Shown one piece after another: positions 1 to 7,582 of a stretch of 25,902 nt of DNA; position 1 is the first letter of the stretch, and each line of letters starts with the position of its first letter. The notes under the pieces were generated by a model. The model had not been told where the DNA came from. It saw only the letters and a list, made by a program, of their open reading frames with translations, and made no database searches. Position numbers and translations under genes: made by a program. The stretch lies in NCBI GenBank assembly GCA_964013405.1, contig CAXGWI010000037.1:1-25902 (forward strand), read 5' to 3'. The DNA is from an uncultured Myxococcales bacterium. GTDB lineage: Bacteria; Myxococcota; UBA4151.

Positions 1-478
1 CCATGATCTCTTCGATCTCAGCCATCAGATCGAGAGGGTCCTGACCCTCTCGATCCAGTTTGTTGATGAAGGTCATGATGGGGGTGGTCCGCATCCGACA
101 GACTTCAAGGAGTTTGATGGTTTGGCTTTGCACGCCCCGGGCCGCATCGATCATCATCAGGGCCGAGTCGACGGCCGTGAGCGTACGATAGGTGTCTTCC
201 GAAAAATCTTGGTGGCCTGGCGTATCGAGGAGATTGACCACGTAGTCTGAGAAGGGAAACTGCATCACGGAGGTGGTCACGGAGATGCCACGCTCCTGTT
301 CCAGTTTCATCCAGTCACTGGTGGCATGGCGGTCCGCTTTACGGGCTCGCACCGTTCCCGCCAGTTGGATGGCCCCCCCAAAAAGGAGGAGCTTTTCGGT
401 CATCGTGGTCTTCCCAGCGTCTGGGTGGCTGATGATGGCGAAAGTACGCCGTCGTTCCACCTCCTCATCGATATCCAC
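1..478 (-). CDS. prfC: Peptide chain release factor 3 (5' part; runs off the left edge of the window)
   Basis: Manual minus-strand translation from GTG at 478 gives (M)[73 protein letters not shown]...[27 protein letters not shown]...[10 protein letters not shown], the RF3 GTPase signature. An AGGAGG SD lies just upstream. Absent from the ORF track because it is truncated. Confidence 0.97.
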   Translation of the reverse strand, partial: MDIDEEVERRRTFAIISHPDAGKTTMTEKLLLFGGAIQLAGTVRARKADRHATSDWMKLEQERGISVTTSVMQFPFSDYVVNLLDTPGHQDFSEDTYRTLTAVDSALMMIDAARGVQSQTIKLLEVCRMRTTPIMTFINKLDREGQDPLDLMAEIEEIM

Positions 479-581
479 GGGCCGACCTCCTGGCTCGGCC
501 GCTAGCACGGCAGGGGCGGTCGCTCAAACCTTCCGGTGTGCCCGGCCTTAGGGTAAGGGGCTGCACCGCAGGAGGGGAGCG

Positions 582-2753
582 ATGCGAATCTGGCTTCTAC
601 TTGGTTTGTGTGTATCCACAGCGAGCTTCGCTGGGGCGGAACCGGCCCCCGACGAGGTTGCCGATGGGGAAGCCTCCGATGTGACGGTCGTCGTGACGGG
701 AACCCGGGAAGAGCAGCGCATGATCGAGATGCCCCGGGCCGTTGAGACCACCGACAGGGAGACGATTGAGAAGCGGGGCACGATGGACGCAGCCGAAGCC
801 CTGGCCACCTTGCCTGGCGTGAGTATTCAGGAGTTGAACCCAGGGGGGGCAGCCCCGGTCCTTCGTGGCCTGACCGGTCCTGATCTTTTGATCCTTGTGG
901 ATGGGATGGACTTTTCAAACCCCCTGACTCGGCCTGGCCCAGACAACCGTATCGGTACGATCGGGCTGTTCTCCGTGGAGCGGCTCGAGGTCATCAGGGG
1001 AGGCTCTAGTGTACTCTCTGGGGCCGGCGGGATGGGGGGTGTCGTCAATGTCCTCACCCGAGATCTGGAACAAGCGGACGACAAGTGGTGGCGTTGGCGC
1101 GAGTTCTTCGGCTTCCATGGCGAGAATCGCTATAATTTCACCACCCTGCTGAAATATAAAAAGCCGAACAAGAGGCTCAGTTATCTCCTGGCGGTCCAGC
1201 GGGATAAGTTTCGCAGCCGCAACATCGGCGGTCTCTTTGCGGGGGCAACCGACCACTGGCGACCGCTTTCCGACCGCGGTCAGTGGGACGGGCTGTTCAA
1301 AGCTCGATATGAAGGTCAGAACTTCGACCTCGTCGGCGGCTACCTCGGCATGCAGGTCAAAGGCGGTGGGCGTCTCGACCAGTTACCCCGAGGGCGGGTG
1401 AGCCGGCAGCATCAAAATGATCAGTTCGCCTGGCTCAAATACAAAGGGAAGGCTGGGCGACTCCTTGCCCACCGAACATTCCATCTCGCTTGGCGGGATG
1501 CGCAAGAGGAGCGAGTCGAACAGCTCTGTGACGGGCATGATCAAGGTCTGGTCGTGAACGAGCGACGGTGCTGGAACCGCTTGATGCCGGAAGAGGACCA
1601 GGATCCCAACACGGGGGCGGTCCCGATCCCGATTTTAGGGACCCGAGAGCAGCGCCTGCGGAGCCAGGGGTGGCAGCTGGGCATGACCGGTCGTTTTCGA
1701 GACTGGGGTCGGCTGCGGAGTCGAGTCGGCCTTTTGGTGAAGTCGGATACGATCACCGAGGTTGAGGGCTCCGATGAGGGGCGGGCCCGTTCCGCCTTGC
1801 CCCTGGGGGCCACCCACGGGCGGGCGACCGCTTTTCTACACGGTCGCTACACACTCTCATCTTGGGGTCAGGATAGCCCCTTTCCTCGCAGCCTAAAGCT
1901 CCAAGGGGGACTGCGCGGGGTGAACGCCTTTACAGAGGTCGTTGAGAGCGACCACAGCGCTGGCGCCGACCGGCGAACCGACCCCGGGCTCGTGGGCGAG
2001 TTTCAGATCGTCTTTAACCGCCAGGGGCGAGGAGCGACCTGGCTTGGTTGGAGTCAAGGCTTCCGCGCACCCAACCTCTCCGAGCGGTATTTTACAGGCA
2101 GTGACGGTGAACTGGACTGGCAAATGAATGAGGGCTTGCAGAGTCAGACCTCCAACACTTTTGAGTTGGGAAGCCGCCGAAAGAGCCGGCGTTGGACCTA
2201 CAGTTGGAGCCTTTATCATAGCCAGGTGGCTGGTCTTCTCGACCCCGTCGAGGTTGCGACTTCAAGCTTTCAACTCATCAATGCGCCCGCGGCTCGATTC
2301 ACCGGTTTCGACATGAGTTTATTGCTCAAGGCGAAGACTTATCATCATCTTCACCAGGTCAGTTGGACCCATGGCACGGTCGACCGGGCTCCCAGCGGCG
2401 AGACGGTAGCCAGCTTGTACCTGCCGCCGATTCACGGGCGACACTTGCTTCACCTTGGCGCAGGTCGTGCAGCCCATGGGGTCCAAGTCTATGCCGATTG
2501 GGCCTTGCCCCAAAACGACCTACACCCGGCCGATGAGGCGCAGGTTCGTTACTGCGGTGGAACCGATGCCACAGCCTGTACCGGTGCCGAGGCCTGGTGG
2601 ACCTTGGGAGCCCGGTGGTTTTGGAAATACTCGAAACGGGCCCAGGGGGGACTGCGGGTGGACAACCTGCTCGATCGTCGCTTCCGGCGTCATGGTTCGG
2701 GGGTGCATGCGGCCGGCTTTAACCTTCGTTCCGAGGTGGAAGTCGAGTTCTAG
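582..2753 (+). CDS. TonB-dependent outer-membrane receptor
   Basis: N-terminal signal peptide, TonB box-like TVVVTGTR, plug motifs (ALATLPGV, LRGL...LILVDG, ERLEVIRGGSSVLSGAGGMGGVVNV), barrel motifs QGFRAPNLSERY and VDNLLDR, and a terminal Phe. GGAGG SD upstream. Confidence 0.92.
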   Translation: MRIWLLLGLCVSTASFAGAEPAPDEVADGEASDVTVVVTGTREEQRMIEMPRAVETTDRETIEKRGTMDAAEALATLPGVSIQELNPGGAAPVLRGLTGPDLLILVDGMDFSNPLTRPGPDNRIGTIGLFSVERLEVIRGGSSVLSGAGGMGGVVNVLTRDLEQADDKWWRWREFFGFHGENRYNFTTLLKYKKPNKRLSYLLAVQRDKFRSRNIGGLFAGATDHWRPLSDRGQWDGLFKARYEGQNFDLVGGYLGMQVKGGGRLDQLPRGRVSRQHQNDQFAWLKYKGKAGRLLAHRTFHLAWRDAQEERVEQLCDGHDQGLVVNERRCWNRLMPEEDQDPNTGAVPIPILGTREQRLRSQGWQLGMTGRFRDWGRLRSRVGLLVKSDTITEVEGSDEGRARSALPLGATHGRATAFLHGRYTLSSWGQDSPFPRSLKLQGGLRGVNAFTEVVESDHSAGADRRTDPGLVGEFQIVFNRQGRGATWLGWSQGFRAPNLSERYFTGSDGELDWQMNEGLQSQTSNTFELGSRRKSRRWTYSWSLYHSQVAGLLDPVEVATSSFQLINAPAARFTGFDMSLLLKAKTYHHLHQVSWTHGTVDRAPSGETVASLYLPPIHGRHLLHLGAGRAAHGVQVYADWALPQNDLHPADEAQVRYCGGTDATACTGAEAWWTLGARWFWKYSKRAQGGLRVDNLLDRRFRRHGSGVHAAGFNLRSEVEVEF

Positions 2754-2754
2754 C

Positions 2755-3444
2755 TCAGCGGATCTTCCATCGGCGGGGGCCCCGGACTCGAGACAACTCC
2801 CAGTTCAGTGGCCAGAAGTTGTCGGCGCAGTTGATGAAGCCATAAGTCTGGGGGTGCATCACTGGGACAGGGCTGCCATCCCGTTTACAGTATCGATGAC
2901 GTTGCCCCAGCGCATGGCCCACCTCGTGGTTGATCAGATAGGTCCGATAGCCTTGGAGGTCGCCGGGAAAAGCGGCGGCATTTTCCCGCCAACGGGCCAC
3001 ATTCAAGGCCACCGTCCCCTGTTTGTGGCAACTGACGTAGCCATTGGTGTTGAGGGGCCGGCAGAGCCTGTCCACCGTCGCGGGGGTGGCCAGAATAATC
3101 CGGATCCGGGCCTTCTTCTTGCGCCAGAACGTGACTTTGCCACTGGATTGCCAGCCCCGCTCGTCGAGTAGAATGTGCTCGACTTCCTGGGCGAACTTCT
3201 CAATGGGATAGCCGGTGCTTTTCTCAACCATCACCTTGTAAGTGGTCAGTTTTCCTTGGGGCTTTGTCGGTTTCGACTGGGCCGAGGCCGTATGATAGCG
3301 GGGCCGCATGCGGAGCTCTTTGCGCTTCCGGCGAATGCGTGCGCCATGAACCGGCGTTTGGGGCGGTGTCATCAAAACAGTTGGAGCAGCGACGGTGACG
3401 GGACCGCCAAGAAGACTTAAACTAGTGGTCAGAATCTGGAGCAT
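2755..3444 (-). CDS. DUF3152-like secreted protein with metzincin-type zinc motif
   Basis: LLDERGW...ILATPATVDRLC.PL.T.G..SC...VALNVARW...YRTYLINHEVGHALGQRH..C...G.PVPVM.PQT.G...C..N.WP matches the DUF3152 pattern as recalled. It has HEXXHXXGXXH plus a Met-turn-like PVM. Confidence 0.8.
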   Translation of the reverse strand: MLQILTTSLSLLGGPVTVAAPTVLMTPPQTPVHGARIRRKRKELRMRPRYHTASAQSKPTKPQGKLTTYKVMVEKSTGYPIEKFAQEVEHILLDERGWQSSGKVTFWRKKKARIRIILATPATVDRLCRPLNTNGYVSCHKQGTVALNVARWRENAAAFPGDLQGYRTYLINHEVGHALGQRHRYCKRDGSPVPVMHPQTYGFINCADNFWPLNWELSRVRGPRRWKIR

Positions 3445-3523
3445 GGCCTTCCTGTATGGCTATAACCGATTCAGCGAGGTGATTCACACCCGTTTTCGGC
3501 CCATTTTTTCTAGGAGTTGAGCG

Positions 3524-3916
3524 ATGACTTATTCCGACGACCTCGACGAACCTGAAAGCGAGTCTTTACCCAGGGGCGTTTTGAAGAAGGGGCTCGACAC
3601 CTTGCTCGGCGTCGAACCCAGCGCGATCCGCGAGGCGGTGAGCGATATGATGCCCCGGGAGGCCGCGGCCAGGCTGGCGCAAGGGACGGAGCGAACCAAA
3701 AAAGAGGTCGTTCGAATCATTGCCGGTGAAGTGAAGGGCTTCTTGGAACAAGTGGACCTCCAGTCGATCATCGCCAAGGTGCTGCAAGACCACGAAATGG
3801 AAGTTCATGTTCGTTTTCGCCCGAAATCCCCAGAAGCAGATGAGCCGGAGGAAGGGGACGAAGATGAGGCATCCGGGACCGAGGCAGGCGAGGACGAGAC
3901 AGAAGATTCCGTCTAA
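3524..3916 (+). CDS. Hypothetical protein (helical core, acidic termini)
   Basis: 130-aa ORF with an AGGAG SD, divergent from the DUF3152 gene, filling the gap between neighbours. No function recognised. Confidence 0.75.
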   Translation: MTYSDDLDEPESESLPRGVLKKGLDTLLGVEPSAIREAVSDMMPREAAARLAQGTERTKKEVVRIIAGEVKGFLEQVDLQSIIAKVLQDHEMEVHVRFRPKSPEADEPEEGDEDEASGTEAGEDETEDSV

Positions 3917-4028
3917 GCCGAAACCCATCCTCGAAGTGCGGTGAACCAGGAGCGACGGGGTCCGCGCCAGCGAAGGTGCCTCTCGTTTCGGGGAACGGAA
4001 CCGTTTGCCGCCTTTTCCCGACGGGGTT

Positions 4029-5345
4029 TTACGGTAAGCACTCGCCTTGATTCTCAAGGGCTAGCCACTGCTCGATCAGTCCAAGTGCATCGGCGCTTAA
4101 AGGCGGACCACCTCGAGGCATTTGATGACCGCAAAGGTCACCGCATGGGCCTTGCCCGCTGCCGACACAGCGGTCGTCCGCACCACATTCACCCCCCTCC
4201 GGGCTACAAACCACCAACTCGTCGGCCGCTTCACAGAACCCCTCACAGCGGTCACCCTCCGGGCACTGACCATCATTTTGGCAGGAGATTTCTGGCTGAT
4301 CTCGGCAGCGAAACCAATCGTCGCGGTTGACGAGCACATCGCCCTGGGTTCCGGCGAGTTTGGCGAGCAGATAGTTGTCGGGAGCGAGGAGGCGCAGTCC
4401 TTGTCGCGTGCGGTGACTGCGCAAGCTCTCGTAGAGTCGAGCGGCCGTGTTTCGTTCGATGGTGAGTCCACCGCTGGCGCCATGGCAACCGCCACAGCGG
4501 TCGAGGATACCCAACTCGTGCAGGCTACAAATCGTACTGCCCTCGGGGACGCATGCGGGCGAACAGCCGTCATCTGCTTGGTTGTTGCCGTCGTCACATA
4601 GTTCGCCGTCGTCGATGACCTCGTCGCCGCAAGATGCCGCCAAGCAATTGGTGCGACAGGCATCTGGCCGGTCGTCGTTGTTTCGCCGGCCATCATCACA
4701 GGCTTCATAGCCCTCATCATCCGGCTCGAGACCCCGCCGCAAAAATCCATCGCCGCACCGGGCTAGCTGACAGGTTCCGGTACACCCGTCCCCATTATCG
4801 TCATTGCCATCATCACAGTCTTCTCTGCCGGCGCGCACGAAGCCATCGCCACAGTCGGCAAACACGCAGCCTTCAACGCAGCCATCCGTGTTGTCGTCGT
4901 TTCCATCGTCGCATCGTTCCTCGCCTCGCTGACGAAAGCCATCGCCGCAATAGGCCTCCTGGCAGGTCCCCGGACAGGCATCTCGATCATCATCGTTGCC
5001 ATCATCGCAGGTCTCCCCCTCATCGATGACGCCATTGCCACAAAGGGGCCCACCATCCGCAGCGGGAGGCGAACCCACATCGATGACGATACCGCCGTCA
5101 CTGGGCATCCCACCGTCCGCGGTCGGTCCACTGTCCTGTTCGGCATCTTCACCCCCATCCACAGCGAAGCCCGTGTCGGTGACTGGGATCTGGCCCCCAT
5201 CCGCCGGGGGATGGTTTCCCGTATCACTGGTCGGTTGGGCGGCGTCCATACTGGCGATCTCGCCCGCGTCGGCTGAAGGGGTGGCCGGATCGCTTGGACA
5301 GGCGAGCAGCCCCAGGGAAGTCCAGATGAGAAAGAGGCGCCCCAT
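4029..5345 (-). CDS. Lipoprotein with five myxobacterial Cys-rich (DUF4215-like) repeats and a C-terminal c-type cytochrome domain
   Basis: Lipobox LLAC, a DAG/DGG low-complexity linker, five CG(N/D)x...CDDG...C...C repeats, CGGCH at 4482-4496, and MPRGGPPLS...LIEQW near the C-terminus. Confidence 0.85.
   Translation of the reverse strand: MGRLFLIWTSLGLLACPSDPATPSADAGEIASMDAAQPTSDTGNHPPADGGQIPVTDTGFAVDGGEDAEQDSGPTADGGMPSDGGIVIDVGSPPAADGGPLCGNGVIDEGETCDDGNDDDRDACPGTCQEAYCGDGFRQRGEERCDDGNDDNTDGCVEGCVFADCGDGFVRAGREDCDDGNDDNGDGCTGTCQLARCGDGFLRRGLEPDDEGYEACDDGRRNNDDRPDACRTNCLAASCGDEVIDDGELCDDGNNQADDGCSPACVPEGSTICSLHELGILDRCGGCHGASGGLTIERNTAARLYESLRSHRTRQGLRLLAPDNYLLAKLAGTQGDVLVNRDDWFRCRDQPEISCQNDGQCPEGDRCEGFCEAADELVVCSPEGGECGADDRCVGSGQGPCGDLCGHQMPRGGPPLSADALGLIEQWLALENQGECLP
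4542..5042 (-). repeat. Five tandem protein-level Cys-rich repeats (about 30-42 aa each)
   Basis: [16 protein letters not shown]..., [17 protein letters not shown]..., [17 protein letters not shown]..., CGDGFLRRG...CDDGRRN..., [16 protein letters not shown]... Confidence 0.9.
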
Positions 5346-5446
5346 GCTGCCGTCTCCAATGCCCGGACAGCCTAGCTAGGACTTTAGAGTGCGTAAAGCC
5401 GGGGCGGTACTTGACCGTAGCCCCCTTGAACTGCAGGCCTGCGCCC

Positions 5447-6379
5447 ATGACCATCCTTGTCACCGGTGCCACCGGCTTTGTCGGAACCCGTCTTTGCGCA
5501 GAGCTCAGGCATATCGGCAGGCCGCCCCGAGCGCTCGTTCGGAAAGAGAGCGTGACACGGGACTTGGAGGCGGCTGGCCACAGGATCTCGGTCGCCGACT
5601 GGGAGACCGGGGCCGGTCTTGAGGCTGCGATGGAGGGTGCTGAAGCGGTGGTGCATTGCGCCGGCGGCGGTCGCGTGCGCCGACGGAGGGACTACTGGCA
5701 GCAGAATACGGTGACGACGAGGCGTCTCCTTGAGGCGATCGCCTCACCGGCCTCGACTGTGAAGCGTCTCGTGCTTCTGTCCTCCTTAGCGGCTCGGGAA
5801 CCCGTTTCACGCTATGGCGAGAGCAAGAAAGCGGCGGAACAGTTGACCCGAGATGGCTCGGTGCCCACCGCGATTCTGCGTCCCCCGGGGATTTATGGCG
5901 CTGGCGATGACCGCCTCCTCCCACTCTTTCGCAGTGTGAAGCGAGGCTGGGCCATGGTGCCTCACCAGCACCTTCTTGTTCCCTGGCTTCATGTGGACGA
6001 TTGCGTTCGGGCCATCATCGCTTGCCTCGATAGCGATCTCCCCTCCGGGACGGTCTTGGAGGTCGATGACGGCCAGCCCCGCGCACTTGGCGACATCCTC
6101 AACTTGATCGCTGGGCTGATGGACCGCCGGCCGCCTCGGGTGGTTCAGCTTCCTGCCCCGGCCCTTTATTCGGCCGGAGCGATTGCAGAGCTTGGTGCCC
6201 TCCTGCGGGGACAATCGACCCTCTTTAATCGGGATAAAGCGCGGGAGTTACTCCGGAAGGACCTCGCCATGGATGCTTCTTTGGCCCGGCGCGTTCTGGG
6301 CTGGGCGCCGCAGGTGGCGCTCGAGGTGGGCTTGGCCGAGACCTATGACTGGCTTTCAACCCAAGGGCGACTTGGCTAG
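5447..6379 (+). CDS. NAD-dependent epimerase/dehydratase (extended SDR, 3-beta-HSD-like)
   Basis: MTILVTGATGFVG Rossmann motif, VVHCAG, catalytic YGESK, LRPPGIYG and HVDD. The ATG at 5447 is preferred over the TTG at 5411. Confidence 0.9.
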   Translation: MTILVTGATGFVGTRLCAELRHIGRPPRALVRKESVTRDLEAAGHRISVADWETGAGLEAAMEGAEAVVHCAGGGRVRRRRDYWQQNTVTTRRLLEAIASPASTVKRLVLLSSLAAREPVSRYGESKKAAEQLTRDGSVPTAILRPPGIYGAGDDRLLPLFRSVKRGWAMVPHQHLLVPWLHVDDCVRAIIACLDSDLPSGTVLEVDDGQPRALGDILNLIAGLMDRRPPRVVQLPAPALYSAGAIAELGALLRGQSTLFNRDKARELLRKDLAMDASLARRVLGWAPQVALEVGLAETYDWLSTQGRLG

Positions 6380-7341
6380 GCCACCTTGCCCGTACTGCCG
6401 CATGCAGCCATCGATCGTAGGTAGCGAGCGACTTCAACCATGCCTTCGACGCCCGTGGCATCGGCCAGAGCACTGGAGTAGTTGGTGGTACCATTGATGT
6501 CGTAGGTGTAGCGGCGTCCCCGAGCATCGGTCACGAATTCGATGCCTGCGACCTCGATCCCTTCCACGGCACAGAGTCGTAGGTAACTTTGGACTAACGG
6601 GTCGTCTTCGCTCAGGTCAGCGACCGAGAACTTGGGTCCTTGATCAAGTTCAGCGGGGCAGTTGCCGAAGTCCGATCGGGGCACCTGGCAGGCATCACTG
6701 GGGCACAGTTCGAAGCCATCGTTGGTTGAGCTGTGCATGGCATAGAGGAACTTCCCACCGACGATCTCCACCCGCGTGATCCGGTCGTGTTTGGGTTCGA
6801 TGTAGCTTTGCAGAATGATCTTTCCGTCGGGGCCGAGATCAAAGTCTGGATCCTTCAGGTCGTATTCCAGTTGGTCCACGCTGTAATAGAGTTTGATGCC
6901 CAGGCCTTTGCCACCCTGGTTGTGTTTGGTGATAAACGGACCTTCAATACGACGAGCAGCTTCGAGAATCTGTTGGTTGCCCACCGCAAGCAGCGTGCGG
7001 GGCGAAAGAATGCCGTGTTTTGACAGGGCGATCTCTTGGCGAAGCTTACTCATCTCCAGTTCGAAGGCGTTGAGGCCATTGATGACCCGGCGCCCATGGG
7101 CCTGCAGCCAGGCCAGGAGTTCACGAGTCAGGGGGACACTGAAGTCGTGACCCCGGGTATGGGAGGAGGGGCTGATTCGGTTCAACCACAGGCCTTGGGG
7201 CGGGGGGGCAGCCGGATCGAGAAGTCCTGAGTCGATGGGCACGAGATTGACTGGGAAGCCCTCGGATTCCAGTGCCTCGGTCAGGGGCGGAAGCCAGGCT
7301 GGGTTTTCATAAATGATGTGAACGGTGGGGAGGCTGCTCAT
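6376..7341 (-). CDS. ATP-grasp ligase (RimK/glutathione synthase-like family)
   Basis: NRISPSSHTRGH, RRVINGLNAFELEMSK, PFITKHNQGGKGLGI, ILQSYIEP, RVEIVGGKFLYA, AGIEF...YDINGTTNY. AAGGA SD at 7349-7353. Confidence 0.88.
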   Translation of the reverse strand: MSSLPTVHIIYENPAWLPPLTEALESEGFPVNLVPIDSGLLDPAAPPPQGLWLNRISPSSHTRGHDFSVPLTRELLAWLQAHGRRVINGLNAFELEMSKLRQEIALSKHGILSPRTLLAVGNQQILEAARRIEGPFITKHNQGGKGLGIKLYYSVDQLEYDLKDPDFDLGPDGKIILQSYIEPKHDRITRVEIVGGKFLYAMHSSTNDGFELCPSDACQVPRSDFGNCPAELDQGPKFSVADLSEDDPLVQSYLRLCAVEGIEVAGIEFVTDARGRRYTYDINGTTNYSSALADATGVEGMVEVARYLRSMAACGSTGKVA

Positions 7342-7388
7342 GGTGTATTCCTTGTTGGGTTCAAGCCGTGGCAGGCACCGGAGCGTAT

Positions 7389-7434
7389 GAGAACAGATCC
7401 AGCGCCCGAACGACCCGCTGGGTTCGCTGTCCTC
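7389..7434 (-). promoter_or_regulatory. Stem-loop between the poly-Cys ORF and the ATP-grasp gene (candidate attenuator element)
   Basis: mRNA GAGGACAG pairs with CUGUUCUC (8 bp, one G-U), enclosing a CCAGCG/CGCUGG 6-bp stem. No U-tract follows. Confidence 0.5.
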
Positions 7435-7463
7435 AAGTGTTGATTGTGTGGATTAAGAGAGGA

Positions 7464-7547
7464 TCAGCTCGCCTGCGGGGCGGTGGAACAACAACAACAA
7501 CAGGCGCAGTTGCCGGCGGTCATTTGGATGTTCACGGTGCTGATCAT
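7464..7547 (-). CDS. Poly-cysteine small ORF / putative leader peptide MISTVNIQMTAGNCACCCCCSTAPQAS (27 aa)
   Basis: ATG at 7547 to TGA at 7464, containing TGC-GCC-TGT-TGT-TGT-TGT-TGT. It ends 122 nt upstream of the ATP-grasp start on the same strand. A second in-frame ATG is at 7523. Confidence 0.75.
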   Translation of the reverse strand: MISTVNIQMTAGNCACCCCCSTAPQAS

Positions 7548-7553
7548 GACTGG

Positions 7554-7582
7554 AGGCTAGCGGCGCTTCGGGCGGGCCGCAA
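7554..7582 (-). promoter_or_regulatory. Putative sigma70-type promoter for a leaderless transcript starting at the poly-Cys ORF
   Basis: Minus strand reads TTGCGG (7582-7577), a 17-nt spacer, TAGCCT (7559-7554), then 6 nt before the ATG at 7547. There is no SD in front of that ATG. Confidence 0.6.

Noticed and set aside
5447..6379. OleD assignment linking the SDR to the pfa cluster (olefin synthesis)
   Set aside because: Only generic extended-SDR motifs are visible, there is no oleA/B/C in the window, and the gene is about 14 kb from the PKS.
7487..7502. (ACA)5 run as a mere microsatellite or phase-variation tract
   Set aside because: It is in frame within an ATG-to-TGA ORF that has an additional TGC Cys codon and promoter-like elements, so a coding poly-Cys explanation fits better.
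7464..7547. Graspetide precursor for the ATP-grasp enzyme
   Set aside because: The peptide has no Asp/Glu acceptor residues and no Lys, so side-chain macrolactone or macrolactam formation of the graspetide type is not supported.
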